Below, piece after piece: positions 1 to 8,958 of a stretch of 42,746 nt of DNA. The position numbers were made by a program, and so were the translations under genes. This DNA is from Verrucomicrobiota bacterium (GTDB lineage Bacteria > Bacteroidota > Bacteroidia > Chitinophagales > UBA8649), in assembly GCA_017853115.1 (NCBI GenBank), contig JAFMKE010000003.1, positions 1 through 42,746 on the forward strand, given 5' to 3'. The number at the start of each line of letters is the position of its first letter. Within the stretch, counting starts at the first letter, position 1. The notes beneath the pieces were generated by a model. It was not told the origin of the DNA and searched no databases. It saw only the letters and a list, made by a program, of their open reading frames with translations.

Positions 1-34
1 TCAATAATCCTTAACTTTACGCAAAACTGAAGGC

Positions 35-2344
35 TTGAATTACTGGTTGCTTTTATTGCCATTTTTCATTCTGATTGTAGGCTATTTCTCTTTTCCATTC
101 TTAATTAGTTATGCCAAGCGCATCAATTATGTGGATGAAGGGACGAGCAGAAAGAGACATCGGGATAATATTCCACCTATAGGTGGTTGGCTTGTTTATT
201 CGGCCTTTGCTCTGACCTTCTTTTTTGCCTTGCTTTTGCCTAATTTTTCTTTTAAAAATTTAGGTGTTTTCCTCAGTGTATCTGGCGTGTTTTTATTAGG
301 AGTAATTGACGACAAGTACCCTATGAATGCCAGTAAAAAGTTCGCTGGTCAGTTTTTGGTTGCTGCGCTTTGTGTATTCTTAGGAGAAGTTCATTTTGCT
401 GAATATATGAGTTTGTATGGCATCCCTTATCTTTTAGGCCAAGTGTTGTGTATGGTCGCTATTGTTTTTGTCATTAACGCTTATAATTTGGTGGATGGAA
501 TTAACGGCTTGGCCGCTATGCTTGGCATAGTTGCTATAGGTTTTTTGAGTTTGTGGCTGTTTAGTGCAGGCTTATTTTCTTATTTTATTCTAGCCTTGAG
601 TGTTATCGCAGCCTTACTTGTATTTCTTCGTTATAATGTATTTCAAACCCTGATTTTCTTGGGTGATAATGGATCCATGATAATCGGCTTACTAGCTACT
701 ATTTTTGCGTTTACATTTATCAAGACCTTTACGGGATTTGACAGCGTGGTTCTTACAAAGTGTAATGCAGAAGTAGGTATTGCCATAGCAGCAATGGCCA
801 TACCCATCGCTGATACCCTGCGATTGTTTTTCCTTCGACCATATTATCTAGCTAAGTCACCATTCAAAGCGGATAGAAACCACGTTCATCATTTGCTTTT
901 GCGCATCGGCTTTAGTCACGCCGAAGCTTCTTTATTACTTTTTGGTTTGTCCATCTTGCTTGTATTGGCCGCATTGGCCGCCCAGGATCTTGGCAGTATA
1001 GCCGTAATATTTATTACTTTTTCTATTTGTGTTGCTTTTCTTATGGCAATTGATTTTCTGGTTTTTAGTCGTTACCGACGAAAAGTAAATAAGAAAACGG
1101 TATTCAATAGCTTGCAAAATGTTTCTCAAGCTCTCGGTAATCCGGTATTCATTGAATACACTTTTGCTATTAGCATGTTCTTACTGGTTATTTCGATTCC
1201 GTTTCACCGGGTTTCCACCAGTATTCCAACCATAATTCTAATTTTCTCCTTTATAGCTTTGAGCATACGTAACCTATTAATCTTTAAAGGAGATTTTATA
1301 ACTAAGATGAAAGGTGAAGTTGCTGCCTTTCTTAAGCATCCGTATACTTGGCTTATTCTAGTTTTCCTTCTTTATACCTTGATACACCTATTCTTTATCC
1401 AAGCTGAAGGAAGGTGGAACAAATGGACAATCTATTTATTACTTTTGGTGTATTGGCTTAGTTTATTCCAATTTGAAAAGATAGTTCAGATTAGACCAAG
1501 GATATTGCTTACGGCTTTTATTGCGGGCTGCCTGGGGTTTGGAATCTATATTTTGATGGAATCCTTTGTGGAGTTTCCAGATAAAGGCTGGAATGGATTT
1601 ACCTACAATGAATTATTGAGCAATGTAAAGGCAAACCCAGTTACGCATTCTTTATACTACAACCTTGCAATATTATTTTTGGGAAACAATTACAAATTTC
1701 TAAAGCGAGAGGAATGGCGAATATCGTATTGGTTAATGCTCGTATTCTTCATTCTTATGGTATTTCTGTGTAGTTCGAAGGTTGGGATATTTATCTTGGC
1801 ACTTTCCTTAAGCAGCGCTATTTACAACATGGTAAGAAATAACAAAACGGCCTGGTTGATAATCGGAGTTATTGGATCGCTTGCCTTGTTAATTGGATTG
1901 CGATTAGGACTCTTTACCCTTGAATATATCCAATTGGCTTTTGATTCGAGGTTGGTGGTCTGGATGGAAACCAAGCAAATTATAGCGCAAAACTTGCTAA
2001 CTGGCGTTGGTGTTGGAAATTCAGTAGAAACCTTGCGTTTGGCTTTTGAGAATATAGACTTTGTTCAAGGCCTAGAACAAGCGTACAATGCACAAAATCA
2101 ATTTTTGGAATCTTTCCTAGAAACCGGCGTATTTGGCTTTTTAATTCTCTGCTTGTTTTTTGTTTATTCCTTGTATAAATCCATCCAAGAGAGGAATAAA
2201 CTCTATTTTGTATACATCCTGGTTGTCGGTATCTACATGATGACTGAGTCACTCTGGCAAACGCAGATGGGAATGGTTTCCTTTGCCTTCTTCAATGCGC
2301 TTTTCTTGGCTTCGTTTTATCACAAAGAGACTATTTCTTCCTAG
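35..2344 (+). CDS. Fusion: MraY/WecA-family polyprenyl-phosphate HexNAc-1-phosphate transferase (approx. aa 1-345) plus O-antigen ligase/Wzy_C-like membrane domain (approx. aa 365-769)
   Basis: N-half has WecA-family motifs (RKRHxxxIPPIGG, GVIDDK, NAYNLVDGINGL, IFLGDNGS, DRNHVHH). C-half is polytopic with Wzy_C-like motifs (SSKVG, RLVVW, LLTGVGVGN, YNAQNQFLESFLETGVFG). TTG start is preceded by a promoter-like TAACTTTA at 12-19. Confidence 0.8.
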   Translation: MNYWLLLLPFFILIVGYFSFPFLISYAKRINYVDEGTSRKRHRDNIPPIGGWLVYSAFALTFFFALLLPNFSFKNLGVFLSVSGVFLLGVIDDKYPMNASKKFAGQFLVAALCVFLGEVHFAEYMSLYGIPYLLGQVLCMVAIVFVINAYNLVDGINGLAAMLGIVAIGFLSLWLFSAGLFSYFILALSVIAALLVFLRYNVFQTLIFLGDNGSMIIGLLATIFAFTFIKTFTGFDSVVLTKCNAEVGIAIAAMAIPIADTLRLFFLRPYYLAKSPFKADRNHVHHLLLRIGFSHAEASLLLFGLSILLVLAALAAQDLGSIAVIFITFSICVAFLMAIDFLVFSRYRRKVNKKTVFNSLQNVSQALGNPVFIEYTFAISMFLLVISIPFHRVSTSIPTIILIFSFIALSIRNLLIFKGDFITKMKGEVAAFLKHPYTWLILVFLLYTLIHLFFIQAEGRWNKWTIYLLLLVYWLSLFQFEKIVQIRPRILLTAFIAGCLGFGIYILMESFVEFPDKGWNGFTYNELLSNVKANPVTHSLYYNLAILFLGNNYKFLKREEWRISYWLMLVFFILMVFLCSSKVGIFILALSLSSAIYNMVRNNKTAWLIIGVIGSLALLIGLRLGLFTLEYIQLAFDSRLVVWMETKQIIAQNLLTGVGVGNSVETLRLAFENIDFVQGLEQAYNAQNQFLESFLETGVFGFLILCLFFVYSLYKSIQERNKLYFVYILVVGIYMMTESLWQTQMGMVSFAFFNALFLASFYHKETISS

Positions 2345-2364
2345 GAAGAACAAAACAAATGTGT

Positions 2365-2997
2365 TCAGAACATATTCTTTCTGCCTATCTCCTTGCAAAT
2401 AGGGCAGATGTGGGGTTTATGTCCACGTGCAGGGCAGTATTCACGACCAAAGAAAATAATTTGAAGGTGGAGCTTGTTCCAAAGTTTCTCAGGAAACAAG
2501 CGTTTGGCATCTTTCTCGGTTTGAACTACATTTTTTCCTGAACTTAGCGTCCATCGATACATTAATCGATGAATATGCGTGTCAACCGGAAAGGCTGGAA
2601 CACCGAATCCCTGACTCATTACTACTGAAGCTGTTTTGTGCCCAACACCCGGTAGTTTTTCAAGCGCTTCAAATGATTGGGGTACTTTTCCTTCATGCTC
2701 TTCCACCAGAATTTTAGAAAGCCCGTATATGCCTTTCGATTTCATTGGGCTCAAGCCACAAGGCCGAATAATTGCTTTAATTTCTTCAACACTTAACTTA
2801 AGCATATCATATGGATTATCTGCTAATGCAAATAAGTGGGGAGTGATTTGATTAACCCGTTCATCGGTACATTGGGCAGACAATAGAACAGCAACAAGTA
2901 AGGTGTAGTTGTCTTTATGATTGAGGGGAACTGGCACTTCAGGGTATGAAGCTTCAAGGGTTCTGATAATGAATTCAACTTTTTCCTTTTTATTCAT
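2365..2997 (-). CDS. nth: Endonuclease III (HhH-GPD DNA glycosylase/AP lyase)
   Basis: LLVAVLLSAQCTD, HhH LPGVGHKTA, FPVDTHIHR, C-terminal Cys cluster. Confidence 0.95.
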   Translation of the reverse strand: MNKKEKVEFIIRTLEASYPEVPVPLNHKDNYTLLVAVLLSAQCTDERVNQITPHLFALADNPYDMLKLSVEEIKAIIRPCGLSPMKSKGIYGLSKILVEEHEGKVPQSFEALEKLPGVGHKTASVVMSQGFGVPAFPVDTHIHRLMYRWTLSSGKNVVQTEKDAKRLFPEKLWNKLHLQIIFFGREYCPARGHKPHICPICKEIGRKNMF

Positions 2998-3165
2998 GGC
3001 CTAAAAATAAAGTTTTTGTTTGAGGTGATATAGACGAAATGTCTAAACCACTAATTTTCCAAGTACTTTGAGCGTGTTCACTTTCATTACACATTTCAGT
3101 TTAAATCTGCCTGGTTACTGTTACACCAAGCAAAGTCATTTGAGTTGAAATCCTGAAATTTTTCG

Positions 3166-3173
3166 TAACTTTG
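3166..3173 (+). promoter_or_regulatory. Bacteroidota housekeeping promoter -7 element (TAACTTTG) for hppD
   Basis: Exact TAnnTTTG match 25 nt before the ATG; TTTG at 3139-3142 and TTG at 3145-3147 are possible -33 elements. Confidence 0.65.
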
Positions 3174-3198
3174 GGGGATTACTGAAATCAACAAAACT

Positions 3199-4332
3199 AT
3201 GGAAAGAACTGTTTCTAAAAATCAAGATAAATTAGTAGATGCGCCAGATTTTTTACCCCTCTTAGGTACTGATCATGTCGAGATATATTGTGGCAACGCC
3301 AAGCAGTCTGCTTTTTATTATCAGTCTGCTTTCGGGTTTAATTTAGTGGCTTATTCAGGTTTAGAAACGGGTAATAAAGAACAAACTTCTTATGTTTTAC
3401 AACAGGAAAAGTTGCGTATTGTGCTTACCTCCGCCTTAACGCCAGAAAGTCCCATTAATGCCCATTTGGCTAAGCACGGAGATGGAGTAAAATATTTAGC
3501 TTTATGGGTTGATGATGCAACACAAAGCTGGAAGGAAACTACTTCGCGCGGAGCTATAAGTGTTCTGGAACCAACAGTAATGAAAGATGAGTTTGGTGAA
3601 GTGGTGGTTTCAGCTATCCAGACCTATGGTGATACTGTCCACAAGTTTGTTGAGCGTAAAAATTATACTGGTGCGTTTATGCCAGGGTTCATAGCCAAGT
3701 CCTCAACCATGGAGGTTAAGCCGATAGGTTTGCAATATATCGACCACTGTGTAGGGAATGTAGAGTTAGGTAAAATGAACCATTGGGTGAAGTTTTATGA
3801 GGAGGTGATGGGTTTTGGATTATTGTTGACTTTCGACGATAAGGATATTTCAACGGAGTATACTGCTTTGATGAGTAAGGTGGTAAGTAATGGAAATGGG
3901 TATGTTAAGTTCCCAATAAATGAACCAGCGAAAGGAAGAAAAAAATCTCAGATTGAGGAATACATAGACTTTTATCAAGGTGCTGGTGTGCAGCATATCG
4001 CGGTGGCTACAAAGGATATTATTTTTACCGTTGGCGAGTTGAGAAAGAGAGGGGTGGATTTCTTAGAAGTGCCAGCCACTTACTATGATGATTTGATTGA
4101 CCGAGTAGGAGAGATTAAGGAGGATCTCGAGATACTAAAAGATTTGAATATTTTGGTTGACCGGGATGATGAAGGATACTTACTTCAGATATTTACGAAA
4201 CCTGTTCAGGACAGACCAACATTATTCTTTGAAATTATTCAGCGAGAAGGCGCGCAGTCCTTTGGAAAAGGCAACTTTAAAGCCTTGTTTGAAGCAATAG
4301 AAAGAGAACAGGCCAGTAGAGGTACACTATAA
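3199..4332 (+). CDS. hppD: 4-hydroxyphenylpyruvate dioxygenase
   Basis: IDHCVGN, GAGVQHIA, YLLQIFTKP, FFEIIQR, FGKGNFKALFEAIEREQ (Fe-binding His/His/Glu). Confidence 0.96.
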   Translation: MERTVSKNQDKLVDAPDFLPLLGTDHVEIYCGNAKQSAFYYQSAFGFNLVAYSGLETGNKEQTSYVLQQEKLRIVLTSALTPESPINAHLAKHGDGVKYLALWVDDATQSWKETTSRGAISVLEPTVMKDEFGEVVVSAIQTYGDTVHKFVERKNYTGAFMPGFIAKSSTMEVKPIGLQYIDHCVGNVELGKMNHWVKFYEEVMGFGLLLTFDDKDISTEYTALMSKVVSNGNGYVKFPINEPAKGRKKSQIEEYIDFYQGAGVQHIAVATKDIIFTVGELRKRGVDFLEVPATYYDDLIDRVGEIKEDLEILKDLNILVDRDDEGYLLQIFTKPVQDRPTLFFEIIQREGAQSFGKGNFKALFEAIEREQASRGTL

Positions 4333-4363
4333 AGAAGATTCTTGTATATTCGCAAGCCTTACG

Positions 4364-4657
4364 ATGAGAAACCTGGTTCAAATAGCGACGTTTGCCAACG
4401 AAATTGAGATGTCTATGGTCCGCAACAAGTTAGAGCATGTGGGCATAGAGACTTTTCTTAGGGATGAGCGAATCAATGCCTTACGCGAATTCTCGGCAGG
4501 TAGCATGAACGGTGTGAGAATATTTGTGGATGAAGATGATTACCCTCGTGCAATGAATTTTCTGATTGAAATCGGTCACTATAGTGCCGCAGATTTCGAA
4601 CCAACTTGGTTGGATCGATTTCTATTTAAAATGTTCGGAAGGTTAAAAAATAAGTAA
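4364..4657 (+). CDS. DUF2007-like small protein (putative signal-transducing domain)
   Basis: Pattern 'VRNKLEHVGIETFLRDE...GVRIFVDEDDYPRA' resembles DUF2007. Confidence 0.7.
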   Translation: MRNLVQIATFANEIEMSMVRNKLEHVGIETFLRDERINALREFSAGSMNGVRIFVDEDDYPRAMNFLIEIGHYSAADFEPTWLDRFLFKMFGRLKNK

Positions 4658-4689
4658 AGAAAAGCTCCGATGGAGTAATTTCTGACAAG

Positions 4690-5040
4690 CTAGAGCTGCT
4701 CTTTTAGGCTTTCGATAATCTTTTTAGAATTCCCGATAAATATTTTGCCATTAACAAGACATACCGGTCTTTTTAAGAAGGTATATTCATCCAATATGTA
4801 TTGGCGATAATCTGATTCACCCAAGTTTTTCTCTTTGAGATTGAGCGCACGGAATTTCATCGCTGTCCTGCTGAACAGTGCTTCGTACGAACCAGCCAGC
4901 GCTTTCATTTCATCGAGTTGTTCTGGTGTTATCCTATCCTCTTTGATATTCTGTAATTCAAAGCCGTTTTTCTCTGCTTCAATTTCTTTTAAGATTCGTT
5001 GGCACGTGCTGCAGGTTTTGAGATAATAGATTTTTTTCAT
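4690..5040 (-). CDS. ArsC/Spx/MgsR family thioredoxin-fold protein
   Basis: CSTC motif and FLKRPV; start moved to ATG 5040 (MKKIYYL) to avoid overlap with sufE. Confidence 0.85.
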   Translation of the reverse strand: MKKIYYLKTCSTCQRILKEIEAEKNGFELQNIKEDRITPEQLDEMKALAGSYEALFSRTAMKFRALNLKEKNLGESDYRQYILDEYTFLKRPVCLVNGKIFIGNSKKIIESLKEQL

Positions 5041-5041
5041 T

Positions 5042-5455
5042 TTAGTTTTTGTTATATAGTTCTGCAAAGGCTTTCATCTGCTTAATCATTGAAGTTAGTC
5101 CATTACTTCGCTGTGAACTCAGGTGCTCGTGCAATTTGATCGCTTCAATAAACCCAAGAGGGTGTTCGATCACCTCCTGAGGACTTAAATCGGATAGGAC
5201 ATTGACCAACATGGCGATAATTCCTTTCGTTATGACCGTGTTACTATCGGCTTTGAAGAATATTTTACCATTTTCTTCATATGGATAAAGCCAAACTTTA
5301 CTCTGACATCCTTTGACTAGCAAGTCATCAATTTTATATTTCTCGTCGAGTGGAGGAAGTTCCTTGCCAATACTAATAATATGCTCGTATTTGTCCATGG
5401 GATCATCAAACAAATCGAATTCATCAATATAATCTTGTTCTACTTTACTCAACAT
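5042..5455 (-). CDS. sufE: SufE-family cysteine desulfurase sulfur acceptor
   Basis: VKGCQSKVW, ADS..ITKG, LSSQRSNGL. Confidence 0.92.
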   Translation of the reverse strand: MLSKVEQDYIDEFDLFDDPMDKYEHIISIGKELPPLDEKYKIDDLLVKGCQSKVWLYPYEENGKIFFKADSNTVITKGIIAMLVNVLSDLSPQEVIEHPLGFIEAIKLHEHLSSQRSNGLTSMIKQMKAFAELYNKN

Positions 5456-5460
5456 TTATA

Positions 5461-7488
5461 TTAGTTTTTCACCAGTTTAAACGGATAATTTTGCCCTGCA
5501 GTTCGAATGTGTAAGAAATAGATTCCAGGTGCTAAATCCCCATAATTTAGGATGGAAACTTGCTCCTCAATCTTGCTCTCAGAGAGCAATTGTCCTTTCA
5601 AGTCATATAAGGAAACTACTACCTTTTCTCCCGAAAACTCTTTCAATTCGAGAACTAATCCCTCGTTCAGATAACTAAATCCATAGGTGTTAAACAGCTT
5701 AGGCTTATTAGAGTCCTTATATTCTCGAACGCCACTGTAAAAATCATTGCAAGTCCCTTCAACAAATTTTCGCTCCAGCAATATGTTAAATATGCTACAA
5801 GTATGAACGCCATTAAACAAAAGGGTATCAGCTAGGAATAGATTAAAGGCGGCTTGCGTAAGACTCGAATTGGGCATATTATAATACATGACTTCAATGG
5901 CCAATTGATCTGCAACCGTTGCTCCTAAATCTAAGTACAAGTCGTTGAGAACCGCCGACCAAATCTCTCCGTTAAAGTAAATATTCTGATTCGAGGAGAG
6001 GTCTAGTTTTGTTTTGTTTGAATTACTGATTCTTCCTGCCCAGAATTCATTGTGACCGTCCCACGAAAAGACTTTGTTCGCCTCAAAATTATCATACTGC
6101 CTAGAGTAAGTGGTGGCTAGGTAGTCCCCAAATCCTTCGTCCAAAGCTCTTCGCTCGTCACCGCTATTGGTTTCTGGCGAAGCAAAGGCACTTATTGCAT
6201 GACCATATTCGTGTATAATCACGTCTGCATCTTCCGCATCATCTACACCTCCTTCGCCAAAAACCAATCGAGGAGGGCTCGTTGGGGTAAAGAATGAATT
6301 GTCTGCCCCATTGTTACCATGAGCATCTACCAAAATGACTTCCGATGCTAAATTGGTAAAACCTAAGCTTTCCCAGTAGCGTTTGAAATTATTGAGGTGG
6401 TAGAAGGCATTAACATCTTCAAATTCTGTCAAATTTCGTGTGAAATCAAAGCTGTCCGTGGCACTATTCGCCGGATTGGTGAAGGGCAGGCTGAATTCAC
6501 TAATTATAAAATCAGCATTGACGAGATTGAAGCTACCGCCTGAAAAATCTACGGGTAACTCACCCCATACTTGCTCTTGTGCAAGGCTTGGGTAATTATA
6601 ATCTTCAATAATTATCTCAGTAGTATAGTTACTAAGGTCTTCTGTAATGGCTGTATTGAAACCTAAAATGTTTCCATTGCCATCCAAAAATATATTTTCA
6701 AACACTTGTTGTATAATTGGTGCAGAGAAATTATTTATATAACTTTCTGTTGGTACGTTGAAGGTTAAACCGTCATAGCTAAAGTTGATTCCATTAGCTG
6801 TAATCGTAGTATTTCCAGTATTATTCAGGTTTTGAATCACTAAGGCAGTTGTGTCGAAGCGCAAGGCATCTTGATAAGTTCCGCCATACAATACATTCGC
6901 GCTTGTCAAGGGATCGGGCTGAAAAACTTTTGCATACGCTGTTGTGTCGTTGTGGTATTTAAGGATATTTTCGAAATAAACTTCGTCATTTATCCAAAAT
7001 CGATGGGCGTAATAATCTTTTTCCTCTTGAATACCTAGTTCTTTTCGAACCAACTTCATTGTGTCGTCAAGAAGAATGTAGCAGAGATTTTCATCAGATT
7101 CATTCGAGTTGAAATGAATAGTATTCCATTCTTCTAGCAGCGGTAGGGTAGTTTGCAACAAACGAGGATGATTATTAAAATCAAGTAAAATCTTGACTAA
7201 AACTTGTTCTATTGGATAAGTGCCATAGCGGCATTGAAAAGTATAATTGACACCACCAAGACTTTGTTTTTCGTATAATAAGGCGAGTTCAAGATTTTGA
7301 TAGTCTTTGAAAAAATCATCGACAAAGTCTTGCACGGATTCTACGCGCACAGAATTACTTACATCTTGCGGCTTGTTTTTGAAAGGAAGGATATACGGCC
7401 CCATATCTTGAGCAATGCTTAATTCGCCCAAAGTGCATAGCACAATCATCAAGAAAAATGACTTGATATGTTGAAAATCACCACTCAT
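5461..7488 (-). CDS. Secreted zinc metallopeptidase (M36/M4 gluzincin-like) with T9SS type-A C-terminal sorting domain
   Basis: Signal peptide, propeptide-like region, DAEDADVIIHEYGH (HExxH at 6199-6213), third ligand in EGFGD, GEIWS; C-terminal 'LYDLKGQ...LAPGIYFLHI...KLVKN' CTD. Confidence 0.85.
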   Translation of the reverse strand: MSGDFQHIKSFFLMIVLCTLGELSIAQDMGPYILPFKNKPQDVSNSVRVESVQDFVDDFFKDYQNLELALLYEKQSLGGVNYTFQCRYGTYPIEQVLVKILLDFNNHPRLLQTTLPLLEEWNTIHFNSNESDENLCYILLDDTMKLVRKELGIQEEKDYYAHRFWINDEVYFENILKYHNDTTAYAKVFQPDPLTSANVLYGGTYQDALRFDTTALVIQNLNNTGNTTITANGINFSYDGLTFNVPTESYINNFSAPIIQQVFENIFLDGNGNILGFNTAITEDLSNYTTEIIIEDYNYPSLAQEQVWGELPVDFSGGSFNLVNADFIISEFSLPFTNPANSATDSFDFTRNLTEFEDVNAFYHLNNFKRYWESLGFTNLASEVILVDAHGNNGADNSFFTPTSPPRLVFGEGGVDDAEDADVIIHEYGHAISAFASPETNSGDERRALDEGFGDYLATTYSRQYDNFEANKVFSWDGHNEFWAGRISNSNKTKLDLSSNQNIYFNGEIWSAVLNDLYLDLGATVADQLAIEVMYYNMPNSSLTQAAFNLFLADTLLFNGVHTCSIFNILLERKFVEGTCNDFYSGVREYKDSNKPKLFNTYGFSYLNEGLVLELKEFSGEKVVVSLYDLKGQLLSESKIEEQVSILNYGDLAPGIYFLHIRTAGQNYPFKLVKN

Positions 7489-8090
7489 TATAGTTCCTTA
7501 ACGATTTCAAATTTCATTTCGTTCGTCCTTAGCCATAAAGATACTTCTTCCGTTGAAGAGCGCGGCAACTGGAATGAAATTTTACAATGTGCTGAATAAT
7601 CTTCACTCCACTGATCCAAACCGCGGCGTTTCAGGTAATTGAACAAATCATTTACCTGAGTGTAGGCGCATGAAACCATCCAAAAGCTTTGTATTTCTTT
7701 CTCTACAATGTGGGCTTCGGTTAAGGCATCTTGCGCAGCTTTTTTATAGGCATTGATTAATCCGCTTACTCCGAGATTCACCCCGCCATAATATCTAACT
7801 ACCACGATGAAGACATTACTTAATTCGAATGAATCGATTTGACCTAGAATGGGTTTTCCCGCCGATCCGCTTGGTTCACCATCATCATTCGCACGAAAGT
7901 TATTTTTATCTGTCCCAATGCGATAAGCATAGCAATGGTGACTCGCTTTTGGATGTAATGCTTGAACTTCGGCTAATTGGGTTTTAAATGAATTTTCATT
8001 ATAGCATGGGAAAGCATAGGCATGAAACTTGGATGCCTTGTCCTCAAAATATCCTTTACTTGCTGTTTCAATGCTAAAATAGGTGCTCAA
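7488..8090 (-). CDS. yigZ: YigZ/IMPACT family protein
   Basis: SKFHA, ASHHCYAYR, DDGEPSGSAGKPIL, VVRYYGG. Confidence 0.92.
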   Translation of the reverse strand: MSTYFSIETASKGYFEDKASKFHAYAFPCYNENSFKTQLAEVQALHPKASHHCYAYRIGTDKNNFRANDDGEPSGSAGKPILGQIDSFELSNVFIVVVRYYGGVNLGVSGLINAYKKAAQDALTEAHIVEKEIQSFWMVSCAYTQVNDLFNYLKRRGLDQWSEDYSAHCKISFQLPRSSTEEVSLWLRTNEMKFEIVKEL

Positions 8091-8958
8091 TCGACATTAG
8101 AATTATTGAAAGAATAGCTAGAATAAAACCAATAACATTTTTTACGCTTAGTTTTTCTTCAAAGGCAACAACGGCAATAAGTGTGGAGGCTACTACTATC
8201 CCCACGTTGTTAAGAGGAAATACGGCAGCGGAGTTGTTTGAGTAGAAATTCAAGGCTTTAAACAAGAAATATATGGAGAAATAGTTGGGAATGCCCAGTA
8301 TTATTCCCGCAAGAATATTTTTCAGTGTGAAATGATTCTTCTTCTTTCGAACATCATGGAATATTGCAGCCATGGTTCCGAGGGATGCGGCTGTAAAAAA
8401 TAGAATAATTAAAAATGCTTCGAAACCACTGCGCTGGAAGAATGACTTCTCCGTAAACTGAACGATGGCATCACAGATACCACTTCCCACGAAGATGATT
8501 AAGGGAAGTAAGAAAAGCCATTTTTTTCCTTCAAATTGGTGTTCTTCTTTTTTATCTTTTAATGAACTTAATACCACTGCAATAATCGTGAGTATTATGG
8601 CGAATAACTTAATATTCGTGATAGGCTCTTTGTAAAGGGTGAAAGCAAGAAAAATTGGTAACACATATCCCAACTTCATGGAAACAGTGGCCACGCTGAT
8701 ACCAAGTTCTTGGGTAGTTTTTCCAATTAAAAAGAACAAACTGATGAATAATGCTCCTAAAATAAGCGCATAAGCATACCAATCGGTGTAGCTTGTAGCC
8801 ACAACTTCCCAGTCATTGACAAAGGGAATACCAAGCGCCATGGCAGTAAAGTAATTAATGACTATGGCATGAAAAGTACTCACTTTAAATTGCTTGAAGG
8901 ATTTAAAAATGAGCATAATAGCTGTTGAGCTGAGTATGCTAAGCAGTAACCAAATCAT
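8074..8958 (-). CDS. EamA/DMT family transporter
   Basis: About 10 hydrophobic segments in two repeats, each ending in (L/F)xEx.. motifs. Confidence 0.8.
   Translation of the reverse strand: MIWLLLSILSSTAIMLIFKSFKQFKVSTFHAIVINYFTAMALGIPFVNDWEVVATSYTDWYAYALILGALFISLFFLIGKTTQELGISVATVSMKLGYVLPIFLAFTLYKEPITNIKLFAIILTIIAVVLSSLKDKKEEHQFEGKKWLFLLPLIIFVGSGICDAIVQFTEKSFFQRSGFEAFLIILFFTAASLGTMAAIFHDVRKKKNHFTLKNILAGIILGIPNYFSIYFLFKALNFYSNNSAAVFPLNNVGIVVASTLIAVVAFEEKLSVKNVIGFILAILSIILMSIEHLF

Noticed and set aside
3031-3045. TAGAC-N5-GTCTA inverted repeat between nth and hppD
   Set aside because: 5-bp arms are expected by chance; no second copy seen
4664-4680. Small CTCC-GAT-GGAG hairpin between convergent genes
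   Set aside because: Stem too short to call a terminator
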